From the NCBI GenBank assembly GCA_027322285.1, contig DAHVRV010000001.1:42367-106366 (forward strand): a stretch of DNA of 64,000 nt, given 5' to 3'. This document shows positions 48,973 through 58,163 of the stretch, piece by piece. The position numbers were made by a program, and so were the translations under genes. The notes below the pieces were generated by a model that was not told the origin of the DNA, made no database searches, and was given only the letters and a program-made list of their open reading frames with translations. Every line of letters begins with the position of its first letter. The first letter of the stretch is position 1. Source of the DNA: Actinomycetota bacterium. Lineage in GTDB: Bacteria > Actinomycetota > Acidimicrobiia > Acidimicrobiales > Acidimicrobiaceae.

Positions 48973-49695
48973 TTATCCAGTCTCGTGAATGACCGCTCTG
49001 CCAGATTCAGCACTTGTCTCAGTTGTTGCCGAACCTGAGCGTTGAAGTCCTCCGCCTTCGACCTCGCCCGTTAGGTAGGTCAAGACTGCCGCCAAACAAG
49101 CCTCTTTGTACCATGCATGAAGACGCTTCCAATCTTCCTCTTGAAGCCACTGGATGTAAAGCCCCTCAATAATGGCTCGGATGACTGTAGCAGCCTCGGC
49201 TATGTCTCTTACCTTGAACGTCTTTCTTTCATAACCGTCTTTGATGACCTCTGCATAAATCGCATTCACGGTTGATCTGAATGTCGCGCTCAAATGGCCA
49301 AATGAGTCAGAACTTGCAGCATGGCCTATCAACCCAATATAAGTCAGGTAGAAACGTCTATTTTGCAATGGATCGCTAAAGATCGTGTCGATCATTAGCC
49401 GGATTCTATTCTCGGGCTCATTGACGCGGGAAACTGAGGCTCGGATCCTTTCAGCAATCTGATTTAGAACCCAGCGCATAACCGTAAGAACAAGGTTTTC
49501 TTTGCTCTTGAAGTAGTAGAGCAGTACGCTTTTGCTTACTTCCGCCGCATCGGCAATATCTTGCAGCGGAACACGATAAACGCCTTTTTCGCCCATAACC
49601 CGATAGGCACTTCTAATTATGTGTATTTCCGGAGCGGAGTGATCTTCATGCAGCAGATTCTTGCGTTCCTGTGGAGGTTGAACGGATTCGATCAT
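48973..49695 (-). CDS. TetR/AcrR family transcriptional regulator
   Basis: 240 aa. HTH segment VPLQDIADAAEVSKSVLLYYFKSKENLV followed by a helical ligand domain. Confidence 0.85.
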   Translation of the reverse strand: MIESVQPPQERKNLLHEDHSAPEIHIIRSAYRVMGEKGVYRVPLQDIADAAEVSKSVLLYYFKSKENLVLTVMRWVLNQIAERIRASVSRVNEPENRIRLMIDTIFSDPLQNRRFYLTYIGLIGHAASSDSFGHLSATFRSTVNAIYAEVIKDGYERKTFKVRDIAEAATVIRAIIEGLYIQWLQEEDWKRLHAWYKEACLAAVLTYLTGEVEGGGLQRSGSATTETSAESGRAVIHETG

Positions 49696-50474
49696 TGGAA
49701 ATCAAGAACGGGCTAGTTCTGTCAACAGCCCGGATCCTGGCCCTCCTTTCGATCGGCAGATGCAGCTTTCTGGCTTACAACCAACAGATGATCTTCTCCT
49801 CATCATTAACCCCCTCAAAGAATCTCGAACTCTGAGCATATAACCATATTCGACGACGTAAAAACCAAAGCCAATGCCCTGGGGTTTGTTGAACATCAAG
49901 TTTATTTAAAGTCAGCCAATTCCCGCTTCTAACTTGAGCGTAGTGGTTGGATTCAAATGCTGCGGGCGCTTTTGTCCTATGCTGCTCGAATTTAGAGCTA
50001 TCGTGGCAACATCACCAACATGAACCTGGATGGACGGGCATGCTCTAGCTGCGGAAACCGATCCTGTCCAACACAACACTCAAACTCGAAAATAGCGCAC
50101 GAGAGCCGGCGGATTCTAACGGAATGACCCTGCCTGTTTGTGACTCGCGGCCTTGCCGCGATTATCCTTGGCTCAACAAATGACATCGGGATCTCATAGT
50201 TTGACCTTGATCGTGGATATTTGGCACTCGATTTTTTCCTGGTCTGCCTAGTTGATAAGCTGCTTTTGAACAGCCGCGCTCAAAAGAATCTTGAAACCGT
50301 ACGTCGCAGTTGTCTCGCAACAATGTTTTACAAGTATCACCAGGTGGGTTGAATCAATGTTTTAGCATGCTTGGCCCGTTTGGTTACAGTTTGCGTCATC
50401 TTTTGGCCAATTATTTTGGAGGTATCAACAATGAGATCTTCTGGATTGCGAGCGCAAATCAGTGCGAGGTGCCA

Positions 50475-50885
50475 ATGACTACTTCACACAGAATTGTGAA
50501 TCCCGAATCACTGCCCAAGCCAATCGGCTTTTCTCATGCAATAGTGGCTGCGCCCGGCCGCACGGTTTACCTGGGCGGACAAGCGGCCCTCGAAGCTGAC
50601 GGGTTCACGGTCATGCCTGGAGGTTTAGCCGAGCAGTTCGATCGGTCGCTTTACTTTATCGTCCAGGCGCTTGAAGCCGCCGGGGGCAAGCCGGAAGATC
50701 TTGTAGCTATGCAGGTCTTTGTTACCGATGTAGCTGATTATCGAGCCAACCGGCGAAATATTGGCAAGATTTGGCAGGAACGTATTGGGCATCACTATCC
50801 GGCAATGACTCTTTTGCAGGTGACAGGCCTTCTCTATCCTGAACTTCTCGTAGAGCTGCTCGCTACGGCTGTCATTCCTGAATAA
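50475..50885 (+). CDS. RidA/YjgF/L-PSP family protein
   Basis: The track ORF starts at 50310. Homology-like sequence begins at ATG 50475 (MTTSHRIVNPESLPKPIGFSHAIVA...GRTVYLGGQ) and the length of 136 aa fits the family. Confidence 0.8.
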   Translation: MTTSHRIVNPESLPKPIGFSHAIVAAPGRTVYLGGQAALEADGFTVMPGGLAEQFDRSLYFIVQALEAAGGKPEDLVAMQVFVTDVADYRANRRNIGKIWQERIGHHYPAMTLLQVTGLLYPELLVELLATAVIPE

Positions 50886-50903
50886 TCCGGCAGACACCAA
50901 TGA

Positions 50904-50935
50904 TCTTACGCAGCGATTACCATCGCTGCGTAAGA
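50904..50935 (+). terminator. Strong stem-loop downstream of the RidA gene (14-bp stem, tetraloop; no U-tract)
   Basis: TCTTACGCAGCGAT-TACC-ATCGCTGCGTAAGA, 19 nt after the stop codon. Confidence 0.5.
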
Positions 50936-51723
50936 CTACCTGGCTTGTCAACAGGGCTTATACGCCTGTCCGAAATGATTCGTGGCTGCGCAAAATAAGT
51001 TGTTATGCTCTCCGGTCTTAGATACGCCGGTTAGACAGGCCTAGAAATTCTGATTGTGCGCCAGACATGCTTTCTATAAGCCGGAAGCAACTTCGTGCAC
51101 ACCTCACGCCCCGCTAGCGCAGGACCTGTGTGCCACCCAGTCATAATTAGCCTTAGGCAAAGCTGCATGCGTGCCCTCTTGCTGTCTCAGAAACCATTGT
51201 CTGATGCAGCCGGATCATATATCTCACCCAAAGCCAAACCGGGCATTTTTTGCGCTCACATTTTGGTGCGGAATGAATAATGGCCCGCATACAGTTCCTA
51301 AGAGACAGGCGTAAATGGCTTTTAGAACCAATGGGGATAGTTAACTTTTCTCCACATTTTTCTAGTTTTGTGTCTTTCGCACTTGCATTGCAAATGTGGT
51401 GTTTCCATGCTCCATAGTTCATTCTTCAACTCTGTAACATGCCCGTTTGTAAGCTGTGGGTCTGGATTCTTGGGCACCCATGGGTACCTCGCCTATGATT
51501 AGGTTCTGAGTTCAGTGCCAAAATACCGCTCAGCAGTGCAACAGGCTCGTCGTTCAGTTGAATCAAATGATAATTGGTTTGGATACCTCAATTCCATTAG
51601 TCGGGACCTGGGCAGACTTGCATTTGCACTTGCACTAAATGAAAGACGGAACAACCGTTGAAATGACCTTGCCCCGTGTCTGCCAATGGTGAATTGCCAA
51701 ATTGAAGCTGGGATGCAGGACTT

Positions 51724-54700
51724 TCAGTGGAAGTCTCTTGAATCAGATCGGATTCTCACCGGGAGCTTTTCGATCTTTTCAGCAACCACGTTGATGACCC
51801 CGCTGACTTTTTCGACTCTCCCACTCACGATAAGAGCCTGGGAAAGCACGGCAATTGAGCGATATCTGATCCATAATCCTCTCGAGCAGACAACGTTAAT
51901 TAGCCCAGTCTCATCTTCCAAGTTAATGAAGGTCATTCCATTTGCCGTAGCCGGTCGCTGTCTGTGCGTAACCACACCCGCCACTTTGACGCGGGCGCTA
52001 TTTTCAAAATTAACCAGATCAATAGCTAAAACCACTCCCTTATCTGCCAGTTCATCTCTCTCGAACATAAGGGGGTGCCCTGCCGGAGATATTCCATAGG
52101 ACCACAATTGGAGATACGCCCTCTCACGGTCGCTGATGGGACTAAGAACAGGGGCCTTGGAGCCAATGGCCATAGAAGGAAGTATCCCTTCGGAGTAGCG
52201 CGAACCAGGCTCAGCAGCCCAAAGTGCACTCCTCGTATCCAAGGCATCCAAAGAAAGATCATCAGCAAGAAGACCATCCAGTGCACCCCCAGTTGCCAAA
52301 GCTTCCAATTGGTTGGCACCCAGCGAAACAGTCCTAGCCAAATGCTCTATAGATCCATAAGGGCCACAATCAGAAATCTTCTCCGCCAATGTTTTGCCTA
52401 TACCTCGTATTGAAGAAATTCCTATTCGAAGAGCGACTTCTCCGCTATCTGTTTTCTCCAAGTCAGCTCTGTAGTCGGAGTGGTTTACATGAGGGGTTAG
52501 CACCATGACGCCATGTCTTTTGGCGTCCCCAACCAATGTCTGAGGAGACCAAAACCCCATGGGCTGTGCCCTAATAAGTCCTGCATAAAAAGCGGCAGGA
52601 TAATGATATTTGAACCAGGCGCTCGCATATACAAGATATGCAAAGGCAGCAGAATGGCTCTCCGGAAACCCAAAAGACGCAAAGGCGGAAAGCTTGCTGA
52701 AGATTTCCTCTGCGACTGGTTCCGATATGCCTCTTTGGAACATGCCCTCAAAGAGTCGCTCCCTCAGACGATTCATCTTTTCACTGGAGCGCTTTGATCC
52801 CATAGCACTTCGAAGCTGGTCAGCCTCTCCTGGAGTAAAACCGGCCACATCTATGGCCATCTGCATCAACTGCTCTTGAAAAAGCGGAACTCCCAAAGTC
52901 TTTGATAAAGAATTCTCCAGTAGCGGATGAAGGTAGGTAACTTCTTCGAGACCATTTCTCCTCCGGATATACGGATGTACTGATCCTCCTTGTATCGGTC
53001 CAGGACGTATAAGAGCCACCTCAACTACCAAGTCATAAAAGCAGCGGGGTTTCAGCCTTGGCAAGGTAGCCATCTGGGCCCTGCTTTCAACCTGGAAAAC
53101 CCCTATGGTGTCGGCGTTGGAAAGCATTTCATAAATGCAGTCTTCCTGGGGTATGAGAGCCAGATCTATTTCATGGCCATGGAACTCCGCGACAAGATCA
53201 ACCATCTCATGCAATGCCGACAGCATCCCAAGACCTAAAAGATCGAATTTCACCAAACCAACCTGAGCACAATCATCCTTATCCCATTGCATCACGGTCC
53301 GGTTCTCCATTCTCGCCCATTCAATGGGACAAACCTCGGATATTTCCCTATCGCATATGACCATTCCGCCCGCATGTATACCGGTATGCCGGGGATTATT
53401 CTCAATTTGCATAGCGATATCCATGACTTCCTTTGGAGTAGTGACCACCTTGTAGCCACCAGAGTCTTTGAGTTCAAGACTCCGGACCAGGCCAGAATGC
53501 CTTTCGACTTGGGAAACCCAAGAATCCACCACGCCCCGGGAATAGCCGAATGCCTTGGCGACATCACGTACTGCAGACTTTGATCTATAGGTGACAACCG
53601 TGGAAACCTGACTCGCCCTTAAGCGGGAGTGGCGCCGGTATATATATTGGATCACCTCTTCGCGTCGATCGCTCTCTATGTCCACGTCGATATCAGGAGG
53701 ACCATCCCTATGGGGAGAGAGAAACCGTTCGAACAAAAGCTTGAGGGAGACGGGATCAACATTGGTTATACCGATGGCGTAACAGACAGCAGAATTGGCA
53801 GCAGATCCCCGGCCCTGGCAAAAAATCCTATTTGCTTTGCAAAACTCCACTATGTCCCAAACAACCAGAAAATATCCCGCAAATCCAAGCTTGGAGATAA
53901 TGTCGAGTTCATAGTCGAGCTGCTCATAAGCGCCGTCTATCCGGGGATTACTCCTTGGCCCATACCTGGTAGGAGCCATTCGATAAGTCAATTCTCTCAA
54001 AAAGCTCATTTCGTCATGGCCTTGAGGAACTAGAAAATCAGGAAGTTTTGGAGCTATAAGGTCCAAGTCGAAAGCACACTCAAGACCAAGGTCATTGGCA
54101 TTTTGAACCAAAGTGGGAAACTTGGCGAAGCGTCTTAGCTGCTCCTTGGGGGAACGCAGATTTGCCATGGGATACGAAGGAAGCCAGCCATCTATTTCAT
54201 CAATAGGCGTGTTAGACCTTATAGCCACCTGGATCTGATGCAACTTGGCTGAATCCCTCGTGGCATAGTGGACATTGTTTGCTGCAACCAGCTCGACGCC
54301 CAAAGATGTGGCAATTTGGACCAGTTCCATATTGCGCGGCTCATCCAATGGATCAGCGTGATCCCAACATTCAACAAAGACTTTCTCGCGACCAAACAGA
54401 TCGCACAGGTATGCGAGTTTCTTCTTAGCCGCCCCTGGACCATATTCAACAAGGGTCTTCGGAATCAAACCCTTCCGGCACCCGGTCAAAATAGCCCAAT
54501 CACCCTCATTGGCAGAAGCCAGACCTTCGTATGAAAGCTCGAAACTTCCCTTTTCTCTATTAGCCATATGGCCAGAAGAAATAACCTTGGACAGTGAGCT
54601 GTATCCCTTTGGTCCCTTGGCCAGAACAACTAAGTGGTCGCCAGGCGGATCGATAACCTCATATCGGGAAACACCGCTTCCCAAGGTAAGTTCAGCTCCA

Positions 54701-54891
54701 TAGATAGCCGGCAATCCGCATAGCTTTGCCGCGCTCGCAAAGCGAGGAACTGCATAAAGTCCATTATGGTCAGTGATTGCAAGTGCGGACAATCCCAGCA
54801 ACGACGCCATCTTCACTAGTTCCTCCGGGTCGCTGACCCCATCTAAGAAACTAAAATTCGAGTGGCAATGAAGCTCGGCGTAACTTTCCAT
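51724..54891 (-). CDS. dnaE2: Error-prone DNA polymerase III alpha-like subunit DnaE2 (ImuC)
   Basis: 1055 aa. PHP domain YAELHCHSNFSFLDG, Pol III alpha core, C-terminal OB. The length and the LexA box directly upstream fit DnaE2 rather than DnaE1. Confidence 0.9.
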   Translation of the reverse strand: MESYAELHCHSNFSFLDGVSDPEELVKMASLLGLSALAITDHNGLYAVPRFASAAKLCGLPAIYGAELTLGSGVSRYEVIDPPGDHLVVLAKGPKGYSSLSKVISSGHMANREKGSFELSYEGLASANEGDWAILTGCRKGLIPKTLVEYGPGAAKKKLAYLCDLFGREKVFVECWDHADPLDEPRNMELVQIATSLGVELVAANNVHYATRDSAKLHQIQVAIRSNTPIDEIDGWLPSYPMANLRSPKEQLRRFAKFPTLVQNANDLGLECAFDLDLIAPKLPDFLVPQGHDEMSFLRELTYRMAPTRYGPRSNPRIDGAYEQLDYELDIISKLGFAGYFLVVWDIVEFCKANRIFCQGRGSAANSAVCYAIGITNVDPVSLKLLFERFLSPHRDGPPDIDVDIESDRREEVIQYIYRRHSRLRASQVSTVVTYRSKSAVRDVAKAFGYSRGVVDSWVSQVERHSGLVRSLELKDSGGYKVVTTPKEVMDIAMQIENNPRHTGIHAGGMVICDREISEVCPIEWARMENRTVMQWDKDDCAQVGLVKFDLLGLGMLSALHEMVDLVAEFHGHEIDLALIPQEDCIYEMLSNADTIGVFQVESRAQMATLPRLKPRCFYDLVVEVALIRPGPIQGGSVHPYIRRRNGLEEVTYLHPLLENSLSKTLGVPLFQEQLMQMAIDVAGFTPGEADQLRSAMGSKRSSEKMNRLRERLFEGMFQRGISEPVAEEIFSKLSAFASFGFPESHSAAFAYLVYASAWFKYHYPAAFYAGLIRAQPMGFWSPQTLVGDAKRHGVMVLTPHVNHSDYRADLEKTDSGEVALRIGISSIRGIGKTLAEKISDCGPYGSIEHLARTVSLGANQLEALATGGALDGLLADDLSLDALDTRSALWAAEPGSRYSEGILPSMAIGSKAPVLSPISDRERAYLQLWSYGISPAGHPLMFERDELADKGVVLAIDLVNFENSARVKVAGVVTHRQRPATANGMTFINLEDETGLINVVCSRGLWIRYRSIAVLSQALIVSGRVEKVSGVINVVAEKIEKLPVRIRSDSRDFH

Positions 54892-54903
54892 TTTGTAATA
54901 TTA

Positions 54904-54919
54904 TCGAACATATGTTCGA
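54904..54919. promoter_or_regulatory. LexA (SOS) box, perfect TCGAAC-ATAT-GTTCGA, upstream of dnaE2
   Basis: Exact match to the mycobacterial/actinobacterial SOS box TCGAAC-N4-GTTCGA. Only 12 nt (TAATATTACAAA on the minus strand, containing a -10-like TAATAT) separate it from the dnaE2 ATG. Confidence 0.8.
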
Positions 54920-55250
54920 TTCCTATCAAAATAATCGATACTTACCCGAAGTTACTTTTCTGACGGAGAGATTCGCCAGCTTCTTTTCAAACCACCGGAA
55001 CCATCAAAAAAACGAGTCCAGCCCACAGATGTCATAAGCATGGTTCACGTTGACAAGAGTTGCGTACCGTCTGGACCACTTGCCCGTTAGGAGAGCAAAT
55101 TGCCAGGGAGTTCCGGGTCCGGACGGGACTTTGCCCTACGAACCATCTTCTTCGTGCCAAATCCTCGAGGCAAGCGATGTCGTAGCAGCGGACTAGGGAT
55201 CTTGCTGGCTCTCCGTGAACTTCCGGCACAAGCAGCCGGGGAAACCACAT

Positions 55251-55859
55251 TCACTTCTCTGGGCTGGCCATGACTGGCACGGCACATAACATGCCGCCGA
55301 CGAAACCTGCAGCTCCGATGCCCATTGCAAAATTGAACCGGCCGGGCAGATTCTCCAATGACATCAAATGCGCCAGCTCTATCATCTGTAGCTCGTCGAA
55401 GTTTTCACGCAGCTTATTAAAGAGACCATCCGAGACTTCCACGAGCGTGCGAGACATCCGCCGTATAGTCAAGCATGAGCTTTTCAAGAGGAGTGAAAAG
55501 CGTGCTGCCCGATACGAGGACAAGGCAAGCAGCTCCTCATTGCTCACGCCCCACCGGCGAGCGATTTGCTAGCCCAAGTCGATGCAGTAATCGCAATGCC
55601 TCAGAGTTGCCGCCTTGAGTTCAGCCAGCGCACTGAAACGTTTGTCAACACTATGCAGCTTCGCCGATTCCTGTTCAAACTTAGCCACACCCCTCAACAC
55701 TCCCGGAATGCGACCATAGACCTTGATCGGCCCAATCATACTATTGGGCTTGCTGCCAGCAAGACGTGCAATTTGGCGGCGCGGAACTAAAACGCGATCC
55801 TCGCGCACGGTCCCGCTCCGCCATCCACAACTCCAGCTAGGCGTGACATGACATCCCAC
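55251..55859 (-). pseudogene. Carboxymuconolactone decarboxylase (AhpD-like) family gene, disrupted
   Basis: Two track ORFs (55569-55859 and 55251-55547) are in the same frame, separated by TAG (55569-55571). Read together they give ...LAELKAATLRHCDYCIDLG*QIARRWGVSNEELLALSSYR.... The expected family segment LFTPLEKLMLDYTADVS is encoded only in another frame between about 55455 and 55508, implying two compensating frameshifts. Confidence 0.6.
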
Positions 55860-55906
55860 TTTCCTCCGACTAATTGCGGCACGACTTTTCAGTCAGACAC
55901 ACGGTT

Positions 55907-56482
55907 TCATTGCAAATATCCGGCAATCGCCGGAGCAACGAGAGCGGCAATCTCATCGGTAGTTGCCTCTGCGAGAGCATGAAGTCCCACTACGTGACGC
56001 ATCATGGCAATACCCACTAGCTGCGATGCCACCACTGACGCTCTGAGCTGAGCATCCGCTGCATTGGTAATCCGACCCAGAAGCGTCAAAATTTCCCCGG
56101 TTACAAACTCTCGAAGCATTCTGGCAGCCTGCTCATTGGAAACAGCCGACCGCACCATCGCAATAATGGCATCTCGGACCTGCGGTTGATCCAGCATAGA
56201 CAGGTACCTTCGAACTATCATCTCGGCCATTTCCGCAATGTTGGAAGTCTCCAAACCGCCAAAGATGTCTGCCGGGTGAATTGGCCAATCAAGAGCAGCG
56301 GCAAACAGTTCCTGCTTCGAACCAAAATAATGAACCACTAGCGCCGGATCGACTCCCACGTCTTCTGCAATGCTTCGAAATGTTGCCGCTTCGTAGCCTC
56401 GCTCTCCAAATGCCCTCCGCGCAGCCAGCAGTATCGCTTTCCTTGTCTCTGGGGAGCCAGGACGTCTGCCAGTGCGGCTCAT
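55907..56482 (-). CDS. TetR/AcrR family transcriptional regulator
   Basis: 191 aa. N-terminal HTH ATFRSIAEDVGVDPALVVHYFGSKQELF. Overlaps the upstream ATPase gene by 4 nt. Confidence 0.85.
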   Translation of the reverse strand: MSRTGRRPGSPETRKAILLAARRAFGERGYEAATFRSIAEDVGVDPALVVHYFGSKQELFAAALDWPIHPADIFGGLETSNIAEMAEMIVRRYLSMLDQPQVRDAIIAMVRSAVSNEQAARMLREFVTGEILTLLGRITNAADAQLRASVVASQLVGIAMMRHVVGLHALAEATTDEIAALVAPAIAGYLQ

Positions 56483-57342
56483 GTAGCTGACCTCTCTGAG
56501 ACGATCATCACAAAAGCTTCTTCAAGATTGGCAGGCACCATGGTGATGGTCGCTTCGATGCCGCCGACGGCAAACGCCTCGTCTATCGCGTCCCTGGCTG
56601 CGGGAACCCGCAGAACATCACCATGAGCCTGGACAACCAACCCAGTGCTGTCCAGGAGTTCAAAGGCCCTTCGCCAGTCTTCGCTACGCACCTCAACCAC
56701 CAGGCGAGAACCAACCACGTCGGCCGGGGTCCCGCTAACCACCATTTGCCCGTCCACCATTATCGCGAGCCGATCACACTGTTCGGCCTCTTCCATGTTG
56801 TGGGTGGTAACCAAGACTCCTGCGCCGGCCTCGGCACTCGCATGAATATCGTTCCATAGCCTGGCTCTGCTCAATGGCGCGACTCCAGAGGTTGGCTCAT
56901 CCAGTACAAGAAGCTCGGGCTTATGGGACGCCGCGACAGCAAAGGCGACCTGGCGCTGGATTCCCAGGGGCAATTCGCCCACCAGGTCATCGCGAATCTC
57001 TCCAAGATCCTCCGGCAGGGATAGTCGCCGCAATCCGAATGCCCTGTTTGTAAAATCCCAGTTCTCCCTGACTGTCAAATCTTCGTACAATCCGAGCGTC
57101 TGCGGCACGTAGCCAACACGTTCACGACTCTTGACGGAGGGCGACGAGCCTAATAGCAGCACTTCACCCGAGGTTGGCGGAATAAGCCCCAGTAAAAGTC
57201 TGATCAGGGAAGTCTTACCGGCCCCGTTTGCTCCAAGAAGGCCTACCGTCTCACCCCTCTCCACAGCAATGCTCACGGAATCGACGGCCGTCAATTCGCC
57301 AAAACGGAGCGTTACGCGCCGGGTTTCAGCCAGCGCGTTCAC
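56479..57342 (-). CDS. ABC transporter ATP-binding protein with degenerate signature motif
   Basis: 287 aa. Walker A GANGAGKTS and Walker B LLVLDEPTSG. The signature position reads LPLGIQ (56956-56973) instead of LSGGQ, and the D-loop reads SGVA. Confidence 0.85.
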   Translation of the reverse strand: MNALAETRRVTLRFGELTAVDSVSIAVERGETVGLLGANGAGKTSLIRLLLGLIPPTSGEVLLLGSSPSVKSRERVGYVPQTLGLYEDLTVRENWDFTNRAFGLRRLSLPEDLGEIRDDLVGELPLGIQRQVAFAVAASHKPELLVLDEPTSGVAPLSRARLWNDIHASAEAGAGVLVTTHNMEEAEQCDRLAIMVDGQMVVSGTPADVVGSRLVVEVRSEDWRRAFELLDSTGLVVQAHGDVLRVPAARDAIDEAFAVGGIEATITMVPANLEEAFVMIVSERSAT

Positions 57343-58163
57343 CTGGTTATTCCAATCTCATGGGAAAGTTCAGCAATAATTACCGCATCATTGAAGTCGG
57401 GTTCAATCCGATCGGCCTCGCCAGGAGTACCTTTCGAGAGATCCCAGGTATGCCAAATGCCACCTCGTCGCCATGCCAAACCGGGAGGCTGCCTCTCGGA
57501 TTTGACCCTTCCCACCTTTCCCGGGACTCCGGCTATGATCTGGGAAGGCGACCCCGCCGCGATGGAACGCCCCTCGCTCAGGAGTATCACCAGTGACGCC
57601 CTTTGTGCCTCGTTGACATACGTAGTGCTTAGAACAACCGCGGCGCCTTGGGCGGCGGTATGCGAGATGACTCTCCAGAGTTCAGCCCGGCTGAGAGGAT
57701 CAAGCCCGGTAGTGGGCTCATCCAACACAAGAAGTTGCGGCTGGTGGAGCAACGCCAGCCCAACTGCCAGTTTCCTTTGCATTCCGCCAGATAGATGTCC
57801 GGCGAGGCGCTCCCGAACATCTCGCAACCCGATCAGTTCCAGTACTTTGGCACGTCTCTTTTCAAAGGCGGAACCCTTTATCCCGTAAGATCTCCCAGAA
57901 AAGGCTAGATTCTCATAAACGGTAAGGTCTGGATAGACTCCCCCTGTCGCTGGTACATAACCGATCTCTTTCTTCGAAGGCCGGCAGGCTGTCCCTCCGT
58001 TCAGGGGAATTAGACCGACGAGAGCCTTGAGGCATGTGGACTTTCCGGCACCATCGCCACCGATTACGACAGTGACACTTCCCCGCTCTGGCTGCAGAGT
58101 CAAACCGTCAAGAGCAACTTGCGATCCGTAACGCACGGTTGCTGACTCGATGCCCCAGTTCAT
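57339..58163 (-). CDS. ABC transporter ATP-binding protein (canonical motifs)
   Basis: 274 aa. Walker A GGDGAGKST, signature LSGGMQRKL, Walker B LLVLDEPTTGLD. Confidence 0.85.
   Translation of the reverse strand: MNWGIESATVRYGSQVALDGLTLQPERGSVTVVIGGDGAGKSTCLKALVGLIPLNGGTACRPSKKEIGYVPATGGVYPDLTVYENLAFSGRSYGIKGSAFEKRRAKVLELIGLRDVRERLAGHLSGGMQRKLAVGLALLHQPQLLVLDEPTTGLDPLSRAELWRVISHTAAQGAAVVLSTTYVNEAQRASLVILLSEGRSIAAGSPSQIIAGVPGKVGRVKSERQPPGLAWRRGGIWHTWDLSKGTPGEADRIEPDFNDAVIIAELSHEIGITR

Noticed and set aside
51609-51625. Sigma54-type promoter (GG-N10-GC) around CTGGGCAGACTTGCAT
   Set aside because: The spacing between the GG and GC dinucleotides is 7-8 nt instead of 10, and actinobacteria generally lack sigma54.
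55569-55571. In-frame TAG in the CMD-family gene as programmed recoding (for example pyrrolysine or read-through)
   Set aside because: There are no pyl genes or recoding signals in view, and the same gene also needs two frameshifts to restore the conserved sequence. Decay or sequencing error is the simpler explanation.
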